DNA from: a virus
Taxonomy: Duplodnaviria; Heunggongvirae; Uroviricota; Caudoviricetes
DNA length: 64,000 bases
Reading direction: 5' to 3' (one strand)
Virus record (IMG/VR): IMGVR_UViG_2913177423_000001
Span: 19,415-83,414 of that record
The translations under genes were made by a program, and so were the position numbers. The notes beneath the pieces are model-generated. The model was not told the DNA's origin. It saw only the letters and a list, made by a program, of their open reading frames with translations, and did not search any database. Below are positions 25,276 through 32,045 of this stretch, one piece after another. Numbering within the stretch: position 1 is the stretch's first letter; each line of letters starts with the position of its first letter.

Positions 25276-25895
25276 GCTGACATCCTCTGAGACATAAACT
25301 CCACAAAACGAACTGCATCTTCAGAAACAACGCCGCATGACTTCAGATAATTCATTGCGTCATTAGGTAGCGGATTAGTTGGTTCGGCATTTGCCAGGGG
25401 TTGAGATAAACGCGTGATTAATTTGACCATTCTCCGCTGCCGGAGGTTGTATCCTTCAGCTAAAGACAGGTAACTGGAAAGGGTATTGCTTAAGCGGGCG
25501 CGAAGCTGATCCGTGCCGTGACATTCAATAGCAACATCACGTAACGCATCGACCAGTTCACGGTAAATATGCGCAGCCATTCTGCAATCTGAGTCAGACG
25601 GCGCTTCATAAATTACCGTCAGCTCCAGTTTTTCAGCCAGGGCGTGTTCTGCTCGTGCTCCTGCGGACGCTTCCCAGCCATTAAGCAGATAGATAGCATC
25701 AGCAGAACGCACCATTGCCAGGCAAATATCCATGTATTCGCTCTGACAAAGGCCACCAGGTAATACCGCCGGATTAAGAACGATATGCCCTTCAGCCATC
25801 AGCTCGCTCGCTTTCGCATTAAACGCCGCGCGGTTGTAATCTGGATAACCAGTCATCGGACCCGCGATGTAAATTTTCAAAACACGTTTCACCAT
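25272..25895 (-). CDS. DUF4406 (nucleoside 2-deoxyribosyltransferase-like) protein with C-terminal extension
   Basis: KIYIAGPMTGYPDYNRAAF...NPA...AIYLLNGWEASAGARAEHALA fits DUF4406. The ATG at 25895 overlaps the upstream stop (TGATG). Confidence 0.7.
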   Translation of the reverse strand: MVKRVLKIYIAGPMTGYPDYNRAAFNAKASELMAEGHIVLNPAVLPGGLCQSEYMDICLAMVRSADAIYLLNGWEASAGARAEHALAEKLELTVIYEAPSDSDCRMAAHIYRELVDALRDVAIECHGTDQLRARLSNTLSSYLSLAEGYNLRQRRMVKLITRLSQPLANAEPTNPLPNDAMNYLKSCGVVSEDAVRFVEFMSQRMSA

Positions 25896-26050
25896 CAAAA
25901 TTTCCCCAGCATCGTGACGCAAAACATAAGCACTGCAAAAAGCTCAATACCAAGCTCAAGTAGCGCCAACGCGCCGAAAAACAGCACATAAAACAGGCCG
26001 ATCTCATTCACAGGTGGCTGGTGGATCGCACTTAAGGCTATAAGCATCAT
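25895..26050 (-). CDS. 51-aa membrane peptide, first gene of the leftward operon (not in the ORF track)
   Basis: GGAGGAC then ATG. Translation is MMLIALSAIHQPPVNEIGLFYVLFFGALALLELGIELFAVLMFCVTMLGKF. Its stop overlaps the next ATG. Confidence 0.5.
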   Translation of the reverse strand: MMLIALSAIHQPPVNEIGLFYVLFFGALALLELGIELFAVLMFCVTMLGKF

Positions 26051-26089
26051 GTCCTCCAAACAGTAAACAGCGACTGATATTAATGTTTT

Positions 26090-26121
26090 GTGTTAGAAAA
26101 TCAATTTTGAATATCTAACAA
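26090..26121. promoter_or_regulatory. overlapping inverted pair of operator-like 17-mers in the divergent control region
   Basis: GTGTTAGAAAATCAATT (plus) and TTGTTAGATATTCAAAA (minus). Located between the leftward operon (start 26050) and ref (start 26169). Confidence 0.6.
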
Positions 26122-26168
26122 ATATGATCAATCATAAAAAAATCGCTGATAAGTAAGAGGCAGCCAAC

Positions 26169-26747
26169 ATGCAGAGACAGAGTTATTGGGAGAAACAGAG
26201 ACAAAAAGCCATGCAAAAACTGGCTGATCCGGAATGGCGGGAAGAGCAAAGGGCAAAACGTCTTCAGCAGGCTCAACGCCAGCAGCAACGCGCAAGGGAA
26301 AAAGCCGCATCGCCTGAATATCGTCAAAAGAAACTTGAAAAAGTGAGGCAAAGTGAACAGCGCAGAAGAGAGAGGGCGGCGTCAGCCCTCCCCAAAAAAA
26401 CGCGCCCGTCACGCGGATTAAAAGGGAGATCACTCACAGCAGAAGAGCGCCGGATACAGGAGGCTATAGGCAAACTCCCCTGTATTGCCTGCCATCTTCA
26501 CGGGAAGCATAGCCCTGTCGTATCTCTCCACCACATATTTGGCAGAACGGCTAAAGATGCCCATAAATACGTTCTCCCTTTGTGTAAATGGCACCACCAG
26601 CACGCAGCGCCAGCAGAGATCCGCGAACAATATCCCTGGTTGGTTCCTGTTCATGCTGATGGAAAAATAGGCGGGAAAGCAGATTTTATACGGCACAATG
26701 CCGAAGAGATGACGCTCTATCAGACGGTGCAAGAAATGGTGAATTAA
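26169..26747 (+). CDS. ref: Ref-like RecA-dependent HNH endonuclease
   Basis: Charged N-terminus, then SRGLKGRSLTAEERRI, LPCIACH, VSLHHI, LPLCKWHHQHAAPAEIREQYPWLVPVHADG; matches P1 Ref as I remember it. Confidence 0.85.
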   Translation: MQRQSYWEKQRQKAMQKLADPEWREEQRAKRLQQAQRQQQRAREKAASPEYRQKKLEKVRQSEQRRRERAASALPKKTRPSRGLKGRSLTAEERRIQEAIGKLPCIACHLHGKHSPVVSLHHIFGRTAKDAHKYVLPLCKWHHQHAAPAEIREQYPWLVPVHADGKIGGKADFIRHNAEEMTLYQTVQEMVN

Positions 26748-26758
26748 TTTTCTAACAT
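26742..26758 (-). promoter_or_regulatory. operator-like 17-mer ATGTTAGAAAATTAATT
   Basis: Overlaps the ref stop codon and sits just upstream of a possible promoter (TTGAGT...TGTACATT) for the immI-like region. Confidence 0.55.
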
Positions 26759-26875
26759 TTTATGTTGAGTTTGAAATTTACTGATTGTACATTTTGATTA
26801 GATTGGTTCACCGCTCGACGCAACGAGACAAATCCTCAAGGATTTCGTATGATTGCCAATGTCATAGTTATGGCA

Positions 26876-26942
26876 GCGCAATACAGGTGGCTAAAAGCCC
26901 CCGTTGACTCACGGTGTTCCAACCTGTATTGCGCCGCCACCA
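26876..26942 (+). ncRNA. candidate C4-like (tRNA-like) antisense regulatory RNA
   Basis: Perfect 13-bp closing stem GCGCAATACAGGT/ACCTGTATTGCGC enclosing two small hairpins (GGC-taaaa-GCC and CCGT-tgactc-ACGG), followed by CGCCACCA. Position (operator, RNA, small ORFs, antirepressor-like gene) mirrors P1 immI. Confidence 0.35.
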
Positions 26943-26986
26943 GACCGTGGAACAGTCTGTGACGGCTTCGAAAGCAAGGAGTCACT

Positions 26987-27082
26987 ATGAACAATTACAA
27001 ACTTTTCCCATCACTCACCGTCTACTCACGCAATAACCTGCGTTCTTTGCTCCCATCAAAACTGGAGGGAGTATCAAAATGA
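26987..27082 (+). CDS. 31-aa leader ORF (weak call)
   Basis: AAGGAG RBS; its stop overlaps the next ATG (ATGA). Confidence 0.3.
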   Translation: MNNYKLFPSLTVYSRNNLRSLLPSKLEGVSK

Positions 27083-27246
27083 CCGTTCGCTACCTGAATT
27101 ATCAAATCCAGAACATCACTGGCGGTTGCTATGACTGGTTTGTCACTCTTGGTAAAGAAGTGATCACCGGGAAGCTGGATGAAGTGAAAGCTAAAGCAAT
27201 GGCCTACGCCTGCAAGCAAGCCCAAAAGAAGAAAAGAAAAGCATAA
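27079..27246 (+). CDS. 55-aa basic-tailed protein (not in the ORF track)
   Basis: GGAGGGAG RBS 7 nt upstream. Translation is MTVRYLNYQIQNITGGCYDWFVTLGKEVITGKLDEVKAKAMAYACKQAQKKKRKA. Confidence 0.5.
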   Translation: MTVRYLNYQIQNITGGCYDWFVTLGKEVITGKLDEVKAKAMAYACKQAQKKKRKA

Positions 27247-27352
27247 GAAAACACACTGTTGCGCCCTGGCATTATCGTGGGGTATATTTCTACGGCACCT
27301 TAGAAAAACGGGTGCCGGGATTGGTCTCCCGGTAATGTCAAAGGCGACACAT

Positions 27353-27374
27353 AGACGCCGCAAGCGTCTTTTTT
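27353..27374 (+). terminator. intrinsic terminator inside the immI-like leader
   Basis: AGACGC-cgcaa-GCGTCT followed by TTTTT. Confidence 0.7.
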
Positions 27375-27538
27375 GTTGTCGGCGCACTCGCACACCTATC
27401 AATGGTGGGCTGTGTGGTGGCTTCCTCGGAAGCGCCGGTTCCCTTTGACGCCGGTAAGACCAACTCCACACAGTCCACCGCCAGTAAGATTGGTCTCTTC
27501 GGCGGTGGTATCGTTCACTGTCAAAGGAGGCTGCCAAT

Positions 27539-27754
27539 ATGGCTACTACCCCTACCCCAACTCATTCTGAATTTATCTGGCGTTTCTATTCCTGCCAAAA
27601 ACACCTGTATATCTGCGTAATGGCTGCTACCGAAGCAGAAGCTCGCTCATACCTTCCTGATACTCCCTGCATTTTTGCTGCCCGCTTCACTCTTGATGCG
27701 ATGGAGATCCTCAATTACTGGAATCTGCCGATGAACTGCGTGGAGGTGCACTGA
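27539..27754 (+). CDS. 71-aa protein in the position of P1 icd
   Basis: AAGGAGG RBS; its stop overlaps the ATG of the antirepressor-like gene (TGATG). Assigned by position only. Confidence 0.5.
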   Translation: MATTPTPTHSEFIWRFYSCQKHLYICVMAATEAEARSYLPDTPCIFAARFTLDAMEILNYWNLPMNCVEVH

Positions 27755-28680
27755 TGAATCTGTCCATCTCTCAAAAAGCGACAATGACCAGCATTGAGAT
27801 CGCGGAGCTGGTAGGTAAGCGTCCTGATAACGTTAAACGCACCATTGAACACCTAGCGGAACGGGGCGTAATATCTTTTCCTCAAATTGAGGAAAAGCCC
27901 ACCGCAGGGCGCCCGGCGAGCTATTACGTCTTCGAAGGCGAGCAAGGCAAGCGCGACAGCATTATTGTCGTCGCACAGCTTTCTCCTGAATTTACCGCCC
28001 GGCTGGTGGACCGCTGGCGCGAACTGGAGAATGCCAGGGGACCGTTAAAAACAAAGGCCGAAATTCTGGCTGAAATGGCGCAAATGCATCTTGAGCATGA
28101 ACGCAGGATCAACGCCGTAAATGCCCAGGTAGCCGAAGTTTCGGCACAAGTGTCCAGGGTCGCTGAAACCGTCGAGCAAATAAAGAAAGGCAATATGCCG
28201 GAAGGTTACATTGGCTACCGCCAGCTGGCGGCGAAATGTGGCTTGACTGAAGCCAAATGTCGCAACCTGGTCAACGCTTACCGTATCCCCACCGATACGC
28301 ATGAGTTTTTAACGCCCGATGGTTTGCTTGCCCGACGCTCCATTGTGGCCCTGGCCCCCTTCCGGAAAGCCTTTAAGCAGGTTATGTCGGAGGCCGAACC
28401 ACGTAATAAACGCTGGTATCATCCAAAAATGGGCCTCTTTCAGGCAATCCACCATCCTTTACCGAAAATCCCAAAAGATAATCTGTCACTGCATACAGCC
28501 AGAGAGAAGATCAGAAGTGGATATGCAACGGTATGCCGTCGTGCCTCATGGTCTGAAGGTGTATGGGTATGGCCCGAAGGCGGATCAAGGAAGCACTGGC
28601 GCACTATCCGAGATGGTAAAATTCATGCTATTGATTTAGCGCCAGAGGATATGGTTGCTATGGACTGGATTGTTAGTTAA
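27754..28680 (+). CDS. Rha-family antirepressor-like protein fused to a C-terminal DUF2829-like module
   Basis: N-terminal MTSIEIAELVGKRPDNVKRTIEHL fits Phage_pRha. C-terminal ...CRRASWSEGVWVWPEG...APEDMVAMDWIVS fits DUF2829. Confidence 0.7.
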   Translation: MNLSISQKATMTSIEIAELVGKRPDNVKRTIEHLAERGVISFPQIEEKPTAGRPASYYVFEGEQGKRDSIIVVAQLSPEFTARLVDRWRELENARGPLKTKAEILAEMAQMHLEHERRINAVNAQVAEVSAQVSRVAETVEQIKKGNMPEGYIGYRQLAAKCGLTEAKCRNLVNAYRIPTDTHEFLTPDGLLARRSIVALAPFRKAFKQVMSEAEPRNKRWYHPKMGLFQAIHHPLPKIPKDNLSLHTAREKIRSGYATVCRRASWSEGVWVWPEGGSRKHWRTIRDGKIHAIDLAPEDMVAMDWIVS

Positions 28681-28688
28681 TTACTGTT

Positions 28689-28710
28689 GCCCCGGCCTGT
28701 CCGGGGCTTT
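28689..28710 (+). terminator. intrinsic terminator
   Basis: GCCCCGG-cctgt-CCGGGGC followed by TTT. Confidence 0.7.
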
Positions 28711-28739
28711 AACTGCTAAATAATCGGATTCTCCGCACG

Positions 28740-29051
28740 ATGAAGAAAATAGATTTCACTTACTCTGCCGCCACAGTCCAGCGACGTTTCAGTCTCATAA
28801 GGGAAGTGGAACTATCAAAAACCGGGTATCAGGTTCTGTTGGATGAAGAGTTATCACTGATGGTAATAGCAGAAAAATTGGCTATGCCGAATGATCGGCA
28901 CAAAGTCATTGCAAGCCTTGACCTGGTAACAAACAGATACTGGGAAGCAGAGGGACCACATGGAGATGGTGTAATACGCGAAATGATTGAACAAGCGACG
29001 CCCCTACGCTATCGGATACGAAATGAAGTCACCATAATTGAAAGGTCTTAA
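28740..29051 (+). CDS. hypothetical protein, 103 aa
   Basis: ATG ORF; no motif recognised. Confidence 0.5.
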   Translation: MKKIDFTYSAATVQRRFSLIREVELSKTGYQVLLDEELSLMVIAEKLAMPNDRHKVIASLDLVTNRYWEAEGPHGDGVIREMIEQATPLRYRIRNEVTIIERS

Positions 29052-29182
29052 CGATAGTCTGCCACGAATAGTAACTTCCACTGCCTTAAGTTATTTAATT
29101 GCATTACAAAGTGTAAATTAGTAATATTAGAGTCTCACACAGCACTATAACTATATGTTTTTTATGTAAAAGGACGATAATT

Positions 29183-29533
29183 TTGGCTACTAAAGTTAAA
29201 CTAGAAAATCCGCAAACTGGCGAGTCAATAACAGGTTTTTATGGCTTTTCCTGGACTACATTCTTGTTTGGCGCTTTTCCAGCTTTGTTCAGGAAAGACT
29301 TTATAACTTTTGTTGGGGTATTCGTTGTGATGCTGATACTGGCATGCCTCACATTCGGAATTGGCCCTTGGATAGCCTCGTTTATCTGGGCGTTCATGTA
29401 CAATAAATATTTCACCGTAAATAAGATAAAACAAGGATTCGTATTTGCTAGTTCTCACACAGAAAATGAGTTAGCCGCCAGCAAACTTGGATTAGCCTTA
29501 AATCAAAACAACTGCAAAACTATTACCGCGTGA
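29183..29533 (+). CDS. small inner-membrane protein (DUF2628-like), AT-rich moron
   Basis: TTG start; two TM segments after the FYGFSWTTFLFGAFPALFRKDF motif. Confidence 0.5.
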   Translation: MATKVKLENPQTGESITGFYGFSWTTFLFGAFPALFRKDFITFVGVFVVMLILACLTFGIGPWIASFIWAFMYNKYFTVNKIKQGFVFASSHTENELAASKLGLALNQNNCKTITA

Positions 29534-29537
29534 AACC

Positions 29538-29570
29538 AAAAAAGCAGGCTTATTTTAAGCCTGCTTTTTC
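29538..29570. terminator. bidirectional intrinsic terminator
   Basis: AAAAAAGCAGGCTTA-tttt-AAGCCTGCTTTTT between convergent genes. Confidence 0.8.
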
Positions 29571-29575
29571 GATTA

Positions 29576-30451
29576 CTAGTCCTGCTGACAATTAAGGAAC
29601 ATAAACGCACGTTTGTCCGTTAAATCAGTAACATAATATTCACGAATACCATTCGGTTTTATGCGGCGAGCATACACAAACTTATGAACTGGCTGGTCGC
29701 TGCCATAACTAACCTCAGTGCGAAATTCATCGACCGTGCTACCATCCTTTTCTGTCTCTTTGCGTATCAGTTTATTGTTCAGATCTGGCTGAGTCTCATC
29801 CATTCCGCTAAATGCATCTTGCCCGGTACTATTACCCCGGTTGCCACGTGGTAAATCCCACGAAAAATAAGTCCCATAGTCTGTAATTACCTGATCCCAC
29901 GCCCCGGTTTCATCCATATAATGACTACGCTTCCCTTGGTATGTTACGTCAACCTTACAGGAAAACGTTGGCGCGCTATTACTTGCAGCTGAGGCCGTTG
30001 AAGATTGTGTAACACTGCCATTGTTGGCATTTCCATAGTTCCAGCCATCATGCAACGCTTTAACCCACAGATTAGTCAGGGATAGCGTAACATCATTCCC
30101 CAACGCCTGGCTGATTCGAAGCCTCTGTATCCGGCGTAACCCATACTCATAGGCTTCATCGTCATTAATCACTCGCCCACGTTGAGCGGCTACCACCCCA
30201 GATTGCCACGCACGATTAATTTCACGAATAAGATACACTTGTGGATCAACGCCGTATCTGTTGTATTCATAGTAAAGGCTCATTGCGCCGTGTTGGCTCT
30301 GGTATTCATTAGCCCATGATATAACCGCGTTTCTTCCATAATCCGCGAGCGCAGAATGACTTGACAGAAGAAGAGCAACGCCAACAGTCTTCAGTAATTT
30401 GAATCGGCACAACTTTTTAATAATACGATTGGGAAATGTTTTTTTGCTCAC
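29576..30451 (-). CDS. secreted protein of unknown function, 291 aa (moron)
   Basis: Signal peptide LLKTVGVALLLSSHSALA; own terminator; surrounded by AT-rich DNA. Confidence 0.65.
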   Translation of the reverse strand: MSKKTFPNRIIKKLCRFKLLKTVGVALLLSSHSALADYGRNAVISWANEYQSQHGAMSLYYEYNRYGVDPQVYLIREINRAWQSGVVAAQRGRVINDDEAYEYGLRRIQRLRISQALGNDVTLSLTNLWVKALHDGWNYGNANNGSVTQSSTASAASNSAPTFSCKVDVTYQGKRSHYMDETGAWDQVITDYGTYFSWDLPRGNRGNSTGQDAFSGMDETQPDLNNKLIRKETEKDGSTVDEFRTEVSYGSDQPVHKFVYARRIKPNGIREYYVTDLTDKRAFMFLNCQQD

Positions 30452-30573
30452 TTTTCAACCTTTTGCCACAAATCCAGACCAACTACCTAATAATAATAAC
30501 TAACCACTCTGTTTTTTTGATAAGCACCAAATCGTTTACAAAAAAAATAGCAAATGACTATTGACACTATTCT

Positions 30574-30596
30574 GGAAATCACAAACTGCACATAAT
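30574..30596 (+). promoter_or_regulatory. late-promoter-like box GGAAATCACAAACTGCACATAAT
   Basis: 20 of 23 positions identical to the box at 62260; family consensus is GAAATCACAAA, N6-7, then a -10-like hexamer. Confidence 0.55.
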
Positions 30597-30680
30597 CCAT
30601 CGCGCTAACGGCTCCCGTTGAAGGTTCTTTTGACGATTAACTTTCAGCCGAAGCGCGGTAGGGAGTCATAACGCCAAAGC

Positions 30681-30706
30681 AGGCCGCCATGTGCGGCCTT
30701 TTTTTG
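30681..30706 (+). terminator. intrinsic terminator between a late-promoter-like box and its first gene
   Basis: AGGCCGC-catgt-GCGGCCT followed by TTTTTTT; lies 27 nt before the ATG at 30733. Confidence 0.7.
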
Positions 30707-30732
30707 TATCCGTCATCCGTGGAGGAAGGACA

Positions 30733-31386
30733 ATGGAAAAGATCGCAATATTCAGCCTGACCACCAGCAAACCGCAAATGCTCACTGCAATACTGAAAGA
30801 CGGCGCTCTCGTGATTAACGAAGTAAAACCCCTTCCCGCGTCAGCATTGGAACAAAAGCAAAAAATTCCTCCAGCTATAGCAGCCCTGCGGAAAAGCAAA
30901 TTTAAGGTGCTGGTTGACGAAATTACGCCAACGATCTCCGCTGGCACCGGAGCAAGCCAGGTAACACTCAAGACACGTCATGCCGACGGCAGAGCTGCGA
31001 TCATCGTAGGGATGGAAAGATACAGAGAGCTAAAACTCCAGAAGCTATTATCCCTGCCGCAAAATAACAAAGGAGCTTTCGAAATCCCCGACTCCATCGT
31101 TGACACCGAATACAACGGTAACGGAGAAGAAGTCTACCGAGTGAACTGGCAGGATATCAGGCCGGAACATATTCTGATGATCCTGTGTTGCTACGCGACC
31201 GTATACCACAACGTTGCCAGCGCGGATTACGTGGAACAGATGACAGGCACAGTCGAGAAAGAGCACAAAACAGGCATCCTCGCTTCGTTCCTGTCCATTA
31301 TTGGGCATGAAAAGGTTAAAGCAGGCACCTCCCAGCCAAAGTCACTGGCTGGGAAAGAAGTTGATGAAGATACCGTGATACTTTGA
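30733..31386 (+). CDS. hypothetical late protein, 217 aa
   Basis: ATG preceded by GGAGGAAGGA; the track start at 30691 lies inside the terminator. Confidence 0.65.
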   Translation: MEKIAIFSLTTSKPQMLTAILKDGALVINEVKPLPASALEQKQKIPPAIAALRKSKFKVLVDEITPTISAGTGASQVTLKTRHADGRAAIIVGMERYRELKLQKLLSLPQNNKGAFEIPDSIVDTEYNGNGEEVYRVNWQDIRPEHILMILCCYATVYHNVASADYVEQMTGTVEKEHKTGILASFLSIIGHEKVKAGTSQPKSLAGKEVDEDTVIL

Positions 31387-31715
31387 TCACATCAGTAGCT
31401 TTGTTAACTCCCTCAATACCAGGTAGAAGAGTAACAAAAATACTGACGCCAGTATTTGCGTGGTCAATGAAGCGTTCATAAACAGATCAATTAGCATTAT
31501 TAATTCGAAAATAACATCCATGTCATTCGCTCAGTTTAATTTTTAATCTACTGCCAGTAAGTAATGAAGCTGGCCCCGCATAAAGATTAATGAAAGTCAC
31601 TTGTCACCAGTGAGGGGATTTATGAATCACATCTCCCTGAGCTGGTGGCCTGTCTGTTTCTCGCATTTCACACCCTGCATACAGTTTCCCCAGGTTATGA
31701 CTGAGGATTTTTGTT

Positions 31716-32045
31716 ATGGGCTATAGCAGACTCGACGATCGATACATTGAAGACGATATTCTGCGCGCACTGTTCCACCAGGAGATGATTAAACGGGTAT
31801 CGGAATATCACCCGGATAACTTCCAGTACACGATAAAAATTGATGAAGTCTATCGTTCAGACCTGGCTGCCTACCGGGCGTATGGGAACGCAGATTTACG
31901 CTGGGTATTCAGAGTGCTGGTGGGGCATGAATCAGAAATGGAAGAAATGCCCGCCGGGACCACGTTAACTCTCCCTGATGTGGCATGGCTGAGAAACAAG
32001 ATCCGTGATTATGCTGGCGCTGAACCGGAGATAAAAAATGCCTGA
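31716..32045 (+). CDS. hypothetical late protein, 109 aa
   Basis: ATG ORF; overlaps the next gene by 8 nt. Confidence 0.6.
   Translation: MGYSRLDDRYIEDDILRALFHQEMIKRVSEYHPDNFQYTIKIDEVYRSDLAAYRAYGNADLRWVFRVLVGHESEMEEMPAGTTLTLPDVAWLRNKIRDYAGAEPEIKNA

Noticed and set aside
27022-27537. 171-aa minus-strand ORF in the immI-like region
   Set aside because: The translation is Arg/Trp/Pro-rich. It is antisense to a 55-aa ORF that has a strong GGAGGGAG RBS, and it spans a plus-strand intrinsic terminator. No SD is present.
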